DNA from: Planctomycetota bacterium | GTDB lineage: Bacteria; Planctomycetota; JAJSAM01; JAJVHW01 | Length of the DNA stretch: 64,000 nucleotides | Reading direction: 5' to 3' | Assembly (NCBI GenBank): GCA_965248445.1 | Contig: CBDFJG010000004.1 | Coordinates: 640,001-704,000, forward strand | Shown: piece by piece, positions 18,961 through 28,751 of the stretch | Numbering within the stretch: the first letter of the stretch is position 1 | Layout of the letters: every line of letters begins with the position of its first letter | Notes under the pieces: generated by a model | Databases searched by the model: none | What the model was told of the DNA's origin: nothing | What the model saw: only the letters and a program-made list of their open reading frames with translations | Translations under genes and position numbers: made by a program

Positions 18961-21933
18961 ATGATCTGGGCTCGGATTCTGCGCACTGTGCGCCACGTGG
19001 CACTGGCCGCAGTGGTGGCTCTGACCGCCGTCACGGCTCACGGAGAGGGCGGCGACAACCCGCTCGTGTTCCCGCAGCGGGCCACGATCGACATCGACAC
19101 ACCGGTCTTCGCCGGCGAATCGGTGTTCACCGTCGGCACGACCGAAATCATCTTCGCCCCCAACATGGGCGTGAAGGGCAGGTTCACGGGTTACGTCCGC
19201 CTCGGCTCCGCCGTTGCCCCGCTGAAGGGGAAGCTCGTTTGCAAGAAGGGCAAGTGGGTCTTCAAGGCGACCGCGAAGGACAAGCTGAACGGCAAGCCGG
19301 ACCTGACGATCAAGTTGAAGGGTGAGATCGGCGGAGACGGACGCGACGTCACCGGGACCGGGAGCATCACGCAGAAGTCCACGTCAACGAAGGTGAAGAA
19401 CGCCAACCTCGTCGGCCGGCTCGCGGGGAACTTCGCGCCGACCGCGGTCCAGCTGCAGTTTCACTTCGAGCCGAACGCCCCGGCCGGTACGGCGCCCGAG
19501 CTCGAGTCGTTCATCTTCACGCCGGAGGGCCTCGTCTCGCTGAAGAAGTTCAAGTGCCGCGCGAAACCCGGTGAAGGCGGCGTGGACAAGGTGAAGATCA
19601 CCACCAACGGCAAGAACGCGAACGTCAAGTTCACAGGCACGAACGACGGAATCACCGTGAACCTGCTCGCGACCGGCAAGATCGGCGCCCACAAGTTCAA
19701 GGACTACCCCGTCTCGTTTCCGAATCTGCCGGCCGCGCGACCGAACGCATTCGAGACGGGCACGGGGTCGAGGACGATCACGATCCCCGCGAATGGCTGC
19801 CTCACGTCCGACGTGGTCGTCACGACGAGCGGGGGCGTCGAGCTGACCATCGCTTCCGGCACGAAGCTCCGAACCCTCGCCGGCGCGCTCATCCGAGGAC
19901 GCGTGCGCATCCGCGTGGCGGACGGCGGCGGTGCACGCCTCCAGCCCGGTGAGACGATCGCAGACGGGAGTGTGCAGGTCCTGGTGGACCTCCTCGACGA
20001 CAGCGACGCCGTGCAGCGCGTCGTCACCGCGGTCTACGGCGAGCGACCTCCGATCCCCGACGGACGAGGGCCGCTCACGCTCGACATCTCGGGCCTGTCC
20101 CTCGGTGGCTCCGGCGGTGGAGGTGGCGGCGCGCGATTCACGCGCACCCCCGGGGACTTCGTGGCGGACGCGCTCCCTTCTCTCGATCCCATTGCTGCCG
20201 ACGCGAACGACTTCGAGTGGGAGGACATCCAGCCGCGCGTCGGGGTCACGTATGCGCTGGGGGCGGAGCGCCGGACACTCATGAGGAACTCCGCTCCCCT
20301 CGGTGACGTGGCGGACTTCTCCGGCGAGCTCGAGTTGGATCTCGCCTCGGTGTACGCGTTGACCTACTACGTCCCACCCGAGTCCGAGGCCCCCCCGGGA
20401 CCATCGACCGACTTCGAAATGTCCGACGGGACCGACACGAGCGAGTTCCCGCGCTTCAAGTACATCTTCGTGCAGACGCCGGACGGCACGAACATCGGAG
20501 TCGGAGGGGCGCCTGATCCCGGCGGTACTCTCGACGACACCGTCGACATCCTCGACTTCAACGGCAAGCCGATCGGCGAGGTCGAGATGACGGCGTCGGC
20601 AGCGAAGCGGATCCTCCGCTGGACGTCCCCGCACCTGAATCGCGTGCGGCTGCGAGTCGTCTTCTGCGACGACCAGGGTGCCGAGTTCACACGGATCATT
20701 GACGACGGGCGAGGCGACGACGGCGAGCTCGTGACCGTGGGTTCCTACGCCGGTGAGGTGCGCATCTGCCTGAACGCGCTGGGCGGCTACAACGGCGAGG
20801 CGCGTGTGCTCGTGGAGCGCGCGTTCCGCAACAGCCTGCCCGACACAGCGGAACTCTCGCAGGCGCGCTGGCTGCCGGGCCCGGACGGCCTGTCTCCCGA
20901 TGTCCTCAAGTGGACGCTCGGAGGCTACCAGGAGTCGGTACGCAACCTGAGGGGAGTGTTGGAGGACGGTGGCTTCGACGTGACTGGGGTGACGTTCGAG
21001 TATGCCGCGCGGAGCGTGACAATTACGCAACCTCCGAGTCCCATGCTGATCTACGGCAACCTGGACGAGGAGACGGTCCAGTTCCTGGACGTGGGTGACG
21101 TCCAACCGCTTCAGCCGGCCATCGACGTGGGCGGCCGTCCGGACTTCGCCAAGCTCAACCGGAACAAGTGCCGCGCGCACGTGATCGTCGGGAAGTTCCT
21201 CTACATCCTCGATGCAAAGCGCCGAGCGATTCTGTATCGCGTGAAACTCAAGGGCACTGGCACCGGACTGGCCGTGGACGCGACGGGCGCGCTGATCTAC
21301 GTTGCAACGGACAAGGGCACGCTCGAGGCGCGGGATGCGATCGACGGGCACGTGGTCTGGTCGATCGACACGTTCCCGCGCACGTTCCTCACGTCGATCT
21401 ACGTCCCGCACGACGGTGGCAACCTCTGGATGACCGCCCCGCTCGAGGGAAAGATCTACCGTATCGACACGACGCGCCACACGGCTCCCGAGACGATCGC
21501 GGCCCTCGGCGTACAGAGCGCCGCCGCGTCGCACTCCCAGGAGTGGCTCGCGTACACGAACCTCCAGGCGGGGACGGTCGTGTTTCGGGACCTGATCAAC
21601 AGCGGTGCCCCGCGCGTCGTGCCGAGCGGCGGCGACTTCCCCGTCCACCCCGTGTGGAGCGGCGACGATACGCGCGTCTACACCGGGAACCAGGGATCCG
21701 GTTCCATCGGCGTGATCGACCCGGACACGTTCTTGCTCGACAGCATCGTGCTCACGGTCGGGGAGCCGAACCTGCTCGGGTTCTTCACGGACTTCGACAA
21801 TCGCGTACACGGGTTCGTCACCGGCGGCGGCGGAGTCGATGGCGGGGGCGAGCTCTTCGCGGACGGCTTCGAGTCCGGGGACGTCACTGCCTGGAGCACC
21901 GGGAAGAACCTCGGCCACGGCGACGGCCAGTAG
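18961..21933 (+). CDS. Large secreted multidomain protein with a C-terminal YncE/YVTN-like beta-propeller
   Basis: GGAGGAG RBS, signal peptide, Lys-rich N-domain, propeller-like repeats (RVYTGNQGSGSIGVID), terminal ELFADGFESGD motif. Confidence 0.7.
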   Translation: MIWARILRTVRHVALAAVVALTAVTAHGEGGDNPLVFPQRATIDIDTPVFAGESVFTVGTTEIIFAPNMGVKGRFTGYVRLGSAVAPLKGKLVCKKGKWVFKATAKDKLNGKPDLTIKLKGEIGGDGRDVTGTGSITQKSTSTKVKNANLVGRLAGNFAPTAVQLQFHFEPNAPAGTAPELESFIFTPEGLVSLKKFKCRAKPGEGGVDKVKITTNGKNANVKFTGTNDGITVNLLATGKIGAHKFKDYPVSFPNLPAARPNAFETGTGSRTITIPANGCLTSDVVVTTSGGVELTIASGTKLRTLAGALIRGRVRIRVADGGGARLQPGETIADGSVQVLVDLLDDSDAVQRVVTAVYGERPPIPDGRGPLTLDISGLSLGGSGGGGGGARFTRTPGDFVADALPSLDPIAADANDFEWEDIQPRVGVTYALGAERRTLMRNSAPLGDVADFSGELELDLASVYALTYYVPPESEAPPGPSTDFEMSDGTDTSEFPRFKYIFVQTPDGTNIGVGGAPDPGGTLDDTVDILDFNGKPIGEVEMTASAAKRILRWTSPHLNRVRLRVVFCDDQGAEFTRIIDDGRGDDGELVTVGSYAGEVRICLNALGGYNGEARVLVERAFRNSLPDTAELSQARWLPGPDGLSPDVLKWTLGGYQESVRNLRGVLEDGGFDVTGVTFEYAARSVTITQPPSPMLIYGNLDEETVQFLDVGDVQPLQPAIDVGGRPDFAKLNRNKCRAHVIVGKFLYILDAKRRAILYRVKLKGTGTGLAVDATGALIYVATDKGTLEARDAIDGHVVWSIDTFPRTFLTSIYVPHDGGNLWMTAPLEGKIYRIDTTRHTAPETIAALGVQSAAASHSQEWLAYTNLQAGTVVFRDLINSGAPRVVPSGGDFPVHPVWSGDDTRVYTGNQGSGSIGVIDPDTFLLDSIVLTVGEPNLLGFFTDFDNRVHGFVTGGGGVDGGGELFADGFESGDVTAWSTGKNLGHGDGQ

Positions 21934-22007
21934 CAGCGGCTCTGCGACTCAGCCAAGCGGGACCGTAGCGTCTTCCCCTTGAGGCGCTTTGCGCCGGGAG
22001 GTCCGTG

Positions 22008-22574
22008 ATGGTGTCCCTGCTCGATCTCTGGCTTCCGATCGTGCTGTCCGGCGCGGCGGTCTGGTTCCTCAGTTTCCTGATGTGGATGGTGCTGCCGCAT
22101 CACCGCAAGGACTTCGGCGAGCTGCCCGGCGAGGACTCGATTCTCGCCGCCGTACGCGCGGCGGGCACCAAGGCCGGGCAGTACGCATTCCCGTTCTGCA
22201 AGGACATGGCGACGATGAAGACCGAGGCGTTCCAGAAGAAGTACGCCGACGGTCCGTCGGGCTGGGTCATCGTGCGGCCAAAGGGCGGTTACACGATGGG
22301 CGACAAGCTCGTGAAGTCGTTCCTCTACAACGTGCTCATGGTGGCGATGGTCGCGTACATGGCGACCATTACGATGCCGGCGGGCGCAGAGGGCATCGAC
22401 GTGTTCCGGTTCGTCACGGTCGGCGGCTTCCTCGCGTTCGCGGGAGCGCTCGTCTGGGACGCGATCTGGATGTCGCGCAGCTGGCGCACGACGACGCTCA
22501 GCCTGATCGACGGGGTCGTCTTCGGCGCCGCGGTGGGCGCCATCTTCATGTTCATGTGGCCGCAGCCGGTCTAG
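22008..22574 (+). CDS. Conserved integral membrane protein (about 4 TM)
   Basis: LWLPIVLSG...WMVLPHHRKD...GQYAFP, four hydrophobic segments. GGAGG RBS. Confidence 0.8.
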   Translation: MVSLLDLWLPIVLSGAAVWFLSFLMWMVLPHHRKDFGELPGEDSILAAVRAAGTKAGQYAFPFCKDMATMKTEAFQKKYADGPSGWVIVRPKGGYTMGDKLVKSFLYNVLMVAMVAYMATITMPAGAEGIDVFRFVTVGGFLAFAGALVWDAIWMSRSWRTTTLSLIDGVVFGAAVGAIFMFMWPQPV

Positions 22575-22598
22575 CCACGTTCAGCCCACAGTCGTAGA

Positions 22599-22955
22599 TC
22601 AGGCTTTCGTGTAACGCGGCTCGTAGAGCGTCAGCGTCAGCCCGCCCGGCGCAACGAGCTCGGTGGCTCGACCCCAGCCGCGATCCTCGATCGCGTTCTT
22701 GAACTCGACCCCGCGGCCCTTCAGCTCCTCGACGGTCTCCTCGATGTGATCGCAGTAGAACGAGATCTCGTGCATCCCCTTGGGCTGCCCGTCCATCACC
22801 GGGTGGCACCCGACCTCGCCTTCCGCCAGGTCGAAGATCAGCCAGCCGTCGCCGACGTCGTTGCATGCGAGACCGAGCTTGTCGCGGAGGAACGCGCGAA
22901 GCGCCTCCGGATCGTCCGTGAAGAACATTGCGTGAATACCCTTGATCACGGCCAC
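22599..22955 (-). CDS. VOC/glyoxalase family protein
   Basis: HAMFFTDDPEALRAF, DVGDGWLIF, ISFYCD.IE.TV.ELKGRGVEF, DRGWG. Confidence 0.9.
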   Translation of the reverse strand: MAVIKGIHAMFFTDDPEALRAFLRDKLGLACNDVGDGWLIFDLAEGEVGCHPVMDGQPKGMHEISFYCDHIEETVEELKGRGVEFKNAIEDRGWGRATELVAPGGLTLTLYEPRYTKA

Positions 22956-23021
22956 ACCTCCTCATCGGGGACACCGCGAGACTGCCATCCCACGCGCCGG
23001 ACGGCAACAGTCGGTTCGCGC

Positions 23022-23660
23022 TCAGATCGAGAAGCGAGCGTAGTGGAGCAGGTTCCTGTGGCGCACGTGGGCGACGCCGACATCGCCGTCGGTCAGATGC
23101 CCGGCCACGCGGGAGGAGACCTCGTACTCCGTGCGTCCGCCGCTCTGGTCCTCGAGCGTGACGAAGTACGTGGTGGATGCGCTGCTGTTCTCCCCGCCAC
23201 CGGAGACCTCCGTGCGCGTCTGAGCGACCGCGGCGGGGTAGGCCCGCGGCTCGGCGCGCGCGAACTTGGCCGCCTGTCCCACGCACTGGATCAGGACGAA
23301 GAGACCGATCAGGACGATGATCGCGAGAACGAACGTCTGAGTGGACCAGAACGACCCGCGCCCGGGGAACGAGCGCATGGCGACCGCGAAAAAGCCCGTC
23401 ATCCCGAGGAAGAGCAGGGCGAACCCGATGGCGCAACCGTGCTTCGCCATCGCACCGCCTGACGAGACGCTGATCGCCAGCGCCCTCTCGAAGTCCGGGT
23501 CGGCGCGAACAGCCGCAAGTCGCGCCGCGGTGTCGCCCTTGGGGTGATCCAGAGGCGTCCACTCCCGCGGCGGCAACTCCGTGGCGCAGTACCCGCAGTA
23601 GAGGGTGTCCCCTTCCCGCGGGACCGCGTTGCACGACGGACAGCGCCGCCCGGTACTCAT
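23022..23660 (-). CDS. Zinc-ribbon, two-TM, DUF2500-like protein
   Basis: CPSC...CGYC, two TM helices, then RTEVSGGG..STTYFVTLE...RTEYEV...GD.G. Confidence 0.7.
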   Translation of the reverse strand: MSTGRRCPSCNAVPREGDTLYCGYCATELPPREWTPLDHPKGDTAARLAAVRADPDFERALAISVSSGGAMAKHGCAIGFALLFLGMTGFFAVAMRSFPGRGSFWSTQTFVLAIIVLIGLFVLIQCVGQAAKFARAEPRAYPAAVAQTRTEVSGGGENSSASTTYFVTLEDQSGGRTEYEVSSRVAGHLTDGDVGVAHVRHRNLLHYARFSI

Positions 23661-23725
23661 TCCCTCGCGCCCTTCTCCATGTGGCAGTTCAACCGGTGCG
23701 CGCCCGACGCCGTTCACGGGTCAGG

Positions 23726-24799
23726 CTAGACGCGCGCCGGGCGACCTCGTCGGGCTTTGCGCGTCCGCGGCTCCGTCGTGTCAGGGACCTCCCGGTACCG
23801 CGAGAGCAGAGCCGCGACCTTGCGCACTGACGCACGAGACCAGTCGTGCTCCCACCACGACAGATCCGTGTTTCCGAGCTGGTCTCGGAGATACGGATCG
23901 GGTCGGTCGAGCAGCAGCTCGGGGGGGCGCGTGGTCTCGGTGAACGCGAAACGGCGCGGCAGGTCGGAGTACAGCGAACGCGGCGGACCACTCCAGCGGA
24001 TGCCCTTGAGCGCACAGCCGGTCGCGGGCGTGTGGAGCAACACGCGCTGCACGTCCAGTTCGGTGACGAGCACCTCGATCGCCGCCGAGAGCGCGGCCTC
24101 CTGCCAGAGGTTGGCGCACGGTGCCAGCACGCGATCCCGGTAGGTGCGCAGACGCCGGGCATCGTGTTCGGTCGGTCGCCGCCGCCAGAGCACGGAGCGG
24201 AACCGATCATCTGCCGCGAGCACCTCGAAGTCGAGGTCGCGGACCCAATCGGACTGGATCTCCTCGATGAGCGCCTCGCGCCGCCGCAGGTCGACGTCGA
24301 CGCGTACCCACGCGAGAGTCGTCAGCGTGTCGCGGCGAACGGGGTGCCCCCAGTGGAGCGGCATCCGATCAGGACGCACCAGGCGCCGGAAGTCGCGGTC
24401 GTGCGCCGCCGGGAAGTTCAGTTGTACGACTAGGTTCATGCCTCGCCGTGACATCTGGTAGTCCTCGCGGGACCAGTAGGAGGCATCGGCGCCCCAGCGC
24501 GAGAACGTGACCGTGTACGGAGTCCCTCGCCCGACACGGGTGTTGCTGGCGGCCCGCGCAGCGTCGATGAGTGACCCGGCGCGGATCCGGCCGCCGCCGC
24601 TCCGGGCGAGAACCTCGCGCGCAGCGCACCGCGAGAGGAGCCCCTTCAACGTCGAGCGCTTGAGCGCAGCAACGGGCAGTCCCTCCACCCCGACGTGCAG
24701 CGCGAGCAGCACGAGCGCGAGGCGATCGCGGACGTAGGCGTACGACGTAGGCCTCGACTGCAACCGCCCGAGGACGCGGGAGAGAGTGGGAGAGTCCAT
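23726..24799 (-). CDS. Conserved hypothetical protein
   Basis: 357-aa ORF with protein-like motifs QMSRRGMNLVVQLNF, TLAWVRVDVD, LIEEIQSDW, PPRSLYSDLPRRF. Confidence 0.7.
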   Translation of the reverse strand: MDSPTLSRVLGRLQSRPTSYAYVRDRLALVLLALHVGVEGLPVAALKRSTLKGLLSRCAAREVLARSGGGRIRAGSLIDAARAASNTRVGRGTPYTVTFSRWGADASYWSREDYQMSRRGMNLVVQLNFPAAHDRDFRRLVRPDRMPLHWGHPVRRDTLTTLAWVRVDVDLRRREALIEEIQSDWVRDLDFEVLAADDRFRSVLWRRRPTEHDARRLRTYRDRVLAPCANLWQEAALSAAIEVLVTELDVQRVLLHTPATGCALKGIRWSGPPRSLYSDLPRRFAFTETTRPPELLLDRPDPYLRDQLGNTDLSWWEHDWSRASVRKVAALLSRYREVPDTTEPRTRKARRGRPARV

Positions 24800-24841
24800 G
24801 TCTTGGGAGCAGGTCAGCGCCGTGGCGCAGACACACGGGGA

Positions 24842-24875
24842 GCCTGAACGGGCAGCCCGCCTGAACGGTCAGCCC
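24842..24875. repeat. 17-bp tandem direct repeat (2 copies, 1 mismatch)
   Basis: gcctgaacgggcagccc followed directly by gcctgaacggtcagccc. Confidence 0.8.
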
Positions 24876-25121
24876 GGGGGGCCGTGAAAGCTGCCGGAGG
24901 CGAGCGGGGAGCCGCGCGGCGGGGGCCGCGCTGATCTCAACCGAGCGGGTGCGTACTCTCTCGCGTGCGGAACATGGGTCACCTCCCACCACCTGGCCAT
25001 TCGGTGGGAGAACGGCAGATGGTAGTGAGCCATCGGCGGTCGTCAACCCCTCGCTGCCGTAACGAATGACGCCGGCGAGTTTTTCGTTCGTTCGAAGTTC
25101 ACCGCCCGCGCGTCCATCTGA

Positions 25122-25694
25122 GTGGTGGACGGGAGCACGCCTCTGGACGCTAGCGAGTTGCTCGGGCGCATCGCCCGGGGCGACCGCGACGCCTTCACCG
25201 CGTTCGCACGGCGGTTCGAGCGGCCGCTCTATCGGTTCCTGGCCGGGCTGACCGGCTCGGCCGCCGCTGCCGAGGACGCGCGTCAGATCACTCTCCTGCG
25301 GGTCTTCCGGAAAGCCGCCACATACCGCGGAGGGTCCGTGGCGGTCTGGGTGTTCCGGATCGCCCATCGCGTCGCCCTCGACCTGCGCCGGCGGGATAGG
25401 CGCCGGACGTCCGCCGGTGACGCGGCTGAAGTCGGCCTCGCTGACCGATCGCCGTCTCCCCAGCGGCGCGTGGAGCGCGCCGAGCAGAACGGGCTGGTGC
25501 AGGACGCACTTGCCCGGCTGCACCCCGACGACAGAACGATCGTGTGGTTGCGTGTCGCCGAGGAGCTCTCGTTCGCGCAGGTGGCCGCGGTCACTGCCGA
25601 GGCTCCCTCGACCGTGCGCTACCGCTTCCTGCGCGCGCTGCAACAGCTGCGGCGCCAGCTCGGCACTCCCGTGGACTGCGGGCTGGACGCCTGA
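25122..25694 (+). CDS. ECF (sigma-70 family) RNA polymerase sigma factor
   Basis: GDRDAF, AAAED..Q, WVFRIAHRVALD region 2, and region 4 LSFAQVA...STVRYR..RA..QLR. Confidence 0.9.
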   Translation: MVDGSTPLDASELLGRIARGDRDAFTAFARRFERPLYRFLAGLTGSAAAAEDARQITLLRVFRKAATYRGGSVAVWVFRIAHRVALDLRRRDRRRTSAGDAAEVGLADRSPSPQRRVERAEQNGLVQDALARLHPDDRTIVWLRVAEELSFAQVAAVTAEAPSTVRYRFLRALQQLRRQLGTPVDCGLDA

Positions 25695-25707
25695 TTGGAG
25701 TACGAAC

Positions 25708-26370
25708 ATGACCTGTGAAGAGACCCGCCTGATCCTGGCCGACGATCCGGACGAACCGCCGGCCGCCGCCCGCGCCCACCTGGTGACGTGCGCGGAGTGC
25801 CGCGAACTGGCCGAGGACGTGCGCGAGGGGCTGGCGACCGCGCGGGCCGCGGTTCGCGCGATCGAAGGCGGCCCCGCGCCGGCCCTGGACATGACCGCGC
25901 TCGTCGCGCGCACCGCGCGTCCCGCGCGTCCGCGCCTTCTGCGGCGCGTGCGCAGCGCCGCCGCACTGCTGCTCGCTGCCGTCGGCGTCTTGGCGCTGTT
26001 CCAGACGCGAATCGAGGCGGCCGACGGCGCGTTCCGCGTGCGGTTCGCGCTGCCCGGAACCAACGAGACACCGGCCGGCGAAACGCCGGAGCAGAGCGCC
26101 GTGAACGAGCTGCGTGTAGCCCTGGACGCGGAGAACCCCGAGAGCGCGCTGCGGCGAAGCATGGAACGGAGCGTCCTGCCGCTCGCCGAGTGGATGGACG
26201 AACGCGAGGACCGTCTCGACGCGCTCCTCGCCTCGCTCGAACGGCGGGCCGCCGCCCGCGATCTCGCCGTGCACGACGAACTCCGGCGGCTGCGGACCGA
26301 GCTCGATGCGTCCAGGGATCTCGTCGCCGCCGGCAACTCACACCCCGCACTTCCCGAGCCCGTCGAATGA
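25708..26370 (+). CDS. Anti-sigma factor with a zf-HC2 (ZAS) domain and a TM helix
   Basis: MTCEE...HLVTCAEC (HxxxCxxC) and a TM segment, directly after the ECF sigma gene. Confidence 0.8.
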   Translation: MTCEETRLILADDPDEPPAAARAHLVTCAECRELAEDVREGLATARAAVRAIEGGPAPALDMTALVARTARPARPRLLRRVRSAAALLLAAVGVLALFQTRIEAADGAFRVRFALPGTNETPAGETPEQSAVNELRVALDAENPESALRRSMERSVLPLAEWMDEREDRLDALLASLERRAAARDLAVHDELRRLRTELDASRDLVAAGNSHPALPEPVE

Positions 26371-26387
26371 CGGAGGAGACCACGACC

Positions 26388-27188
26388 ATGAAGAAGACAC
26401 TGACGATCACGATTGCGGCCGTCCTCGCGACGGCGACGACACTCGGCGCGCTGACCCTGACCGGGCGGCTGCGCGCACAGGACGCGGCGAACGCGGAGGC
26501 GCGACGGGTCGACCGCGACGTCGCGCGCGCCGTTCGCGACGTCGAGGTGATGCGGCGCATCCTCGCGAAAGAGGCACTCGGCGCGACCTCGCGGACGGAC
26601 CCGATGGCAACCGTCGCCTGGCACGCGCGCTACGCGCTCGACCGCGCGACGCAGTTCGGCGGCAGCGGCAGCAGCGAAGCGTTCTTCGTGGAGGGACAGG
26701 GCGCGATCTTCATCCTCCGCACGTCGGACCCCGTGACGCCTCCCACGGGCGACCCCACCGCCACACCCGAAGAGAAACCGACGTTGTGGGACAGCACGCT
26801 GGCCGACGTCGAAGGTCACCCGCGCCGCTACCAGAAGGCCGACCAGAACGAACAGTTCGACCGTGAAAAAGTGCGCTCGCTCGAGGATCGCATCCTGACG
26901 CAGTTCGCGCGCTTCGGCGCACGGATGTCCGGGCTGCGCGCGCAGGACTCGATCACCGTAGTGGTCGTGGGCCGCGGCGGCGGGCGGAGCGCCGTCGCGT
27001 ACCTCAACGCGTTCTACGGGCCCGGAGACGAGTCCGAGCCGGACGAGTCGCCCGCGACCGTCTACCTGTCCGGGACCGGCCGTAGCGTCCGTACGATCCG
27101 AGTCGGCATGGGCGACATCCAATCCGTCGCCAACTCGGGCGGTGGCGCCGAGGCACTCCGCGCCCGGGCGACGATCCAGGCCTACTGA
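26388..27188 (+). CDS. Secreted hypothetical protein, third gene of the ECF operon
   Basis: GGAGGAG RBS, signal peptide MKKTLTITIAAVLA, AFFVEGQGAIF. Confidence 0.7.
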   Translation: MKKTLTITIAAVLATATTLGALTLTGRLRAQDAANAEARRVDRDVARAVRDVEVMRRILAKEALGATSRTDPMATVAWHARYALDRATQFGGSGSSEAFFVEGQGAIFILRTSDPVTPPTGDPTATPEEKPTLWDSTLADVEGHPRRYQKADQNEQFDREKVRSLEDRILTQFARFGARMSGLRAQDSITVVVVGRGGGRSAVAYLNAFYGPGDESEPDESPATVYLSGTGRSVRTIRVGMGDIQSVANSGGGAEALRARATIQAY

Positions 27189-27784
27189 GGCGGCAGCCGC
27201 TCGAACGCGAGCAGGTGGCGTGCGCGCACGAACGCCACGCCACCGTCGCCGGCGGCGAGGTCCTCGGGTGCGGCGGCGGGCGTGTCGAACTGTTTCTCGC
27301 TGCCGTCCTCGAACGCGAGATGCACGCGTGGCGGCCGGTTCGTCTTCACGACGGACGGTTCGGTTGCGATCACCGTCGCCACGTGGCGCTCGACTGGGTG
27401 GCGCATCGTGTCGAGCAGTCGAAGGAGGCCGAACGCGGTCGCTCCCCCGCCTACGACCAGGAGCACCCAGTCGGCTCCGCTGCTCTTCCCGATCGCGTGC
27501 ACCGCCAGGAGAACGCCGACGGTTCCAACGAGAGCGCATCCGACGAGCACGAGGTTCGGCACCAGCTGCGGCCAGGTACGCGGGGTGCGCGTCAGGGCTT
27601 GCTGCAGGGCCGGATGCCCGCTCAGCATGACCAACTGCTCGGCGCGCTCGTCGTAGCGCGCGTGCGGAGCGGGCACCGCGCCGGCGAGTGGCGCGCCGCA
27701 CTCGCCGCAGAACGTGGCGTCCAGCCTCGCGACCGGTGCCTTGCACCGGCTGCACCGCTCAACCTGTACTTCGTTGCCCGCCAT
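27182..27784 (-). CDS. Zinc-ribbon, two-TM protein, paralog-like to 23022-23660
   Basis: CSRC...CGEC, two TM helices, HLAFEDG.EKQF...GDGGVAFVRARHLLAF. Confidence 0.7.
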   Translation of the reverse strand: MAGNEVQVERCSRCKAPVARLDATFCGECGAPLAGAVPAPHARYDERAEQLVMLSGHPALQQALTRTPRTWPQLVPNLVLVGCALVGTVGVLLAVHAIGKSSGADWVLLVVGGGATAFGLLRLLDTMRHPVERHVATVIATEPSVVKTNRPPRVHLAFEDGSEKQFDTPAAAPEDLAAGDGGVAFVRARHLLAFERLPPQ

Positions 27785-27852
27785 CGTCCTCACTCCGAAC
27801 CGCGGCCGGAGGACCGGGTTCGCACGGAGGGCAGGCTATCAGTGCCTCTCCG

Positions 27853-28751
27853 TTAGTGCCTGTGCTCGAAGCTGTACACGAACAGCAGTTCGTGATGACC
27901 CTGCGCGAAGCGGAGACGGCCACTGAAGTCGAGATCATCGTGACCAGAGCCACCGTCGAGCTCCACTTCGTCGTCGAAGTCGCTGTTGCGCAGGGTGACC
28001 TCGTCGTCGCCGCGGCCACCGTCGATCTCGACGTCGTCGTCGAAACCGCAGCCCTCCACGAGTATGTGATCGTCGTCGCGGCCGCCCTTGACGCCCACGT
28101 CCTCATCGAAGTCGGTCTCGGTGAGCAGTACCTCGTCGCTGCCCCGGCCGCCGACCACGCGGACCCTCGCGAAGCGCGTGAACGCGGAGAAGTGGATGAT
28201 GATGCGATCGTCGCCCTCGCCGCCGTGCAGTTTCACGCGGCCGAGCACGCGCACGTCGCGCAGTTGCACGTCGTCCCGTCCGTCCTGCGCCAGGATGCGA
28301 ACCGAACGACGGAACACGCAGTGGCCGGCCGTGATGATGCGATCGCGGCCGTCGCCGCCGTAGGCCGACATGCGGCGCCTGACAACGATGTCCTCCATGC
28401 GGAGCGTGTCGTGTCCGTCGTCCAAGCGCGCGCGCAGGTCGCGCACGTTCACGCCGATCACGTCGAAGTAGTCACTCCCGTCGCCTCCCTCGAGCCGCAG
28501 GGACCGCACGCCGCTCGCGATGACGGCGCCCGGCGCCCCATTGACGAGGGTCGTGCCGAGACCCAGGACCGTGATCTCGTCGGCGCCCGGGCCGGGGGTC
28601 ACCTCCACGTCGTTCGCGGCGGCGTCGCCGATCACGAGCGCGAGACCGTTCGGATCGACCGAGACAGACACGTCTCCGTCGGCCAGCGCCGGTGCCGCGA
28701 GCGCCAGGGTCAGCACTGCCGTCACCGCAGAGTCAGTTGGATGCCGCGCAT
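27853..28751 (-). CDS. Secreted protein with Gly/Asp-rich calcium-binding-like (GGxGxD) repeats and an apparent frameshift in the signal peptide
   Basis: Repeats GGDGSD, GGEGDD, GGRGSD. A strong AAGGAGGT RBS precedes ATG 28751, which is one base out of frame. Adding one G near 28728 gives MRGIQLTLAVTAVLTLALAAPALA. Confidence 0.7.

Noticed and set aside
15153..27755. Very long antisense or alternative-frame ORFs (15153-17585, the 5' part of 17176-21933, 19384-21918, 24369-27755, and likewise 38468-42061, 50143-52572, 59331-61895, 62146-63945)
   Set aside because: These are shadows of real genes caused by high GC3 and stop-codon scarcity. They are Arg/Pro-rich or mirror-like and have no family motifs.
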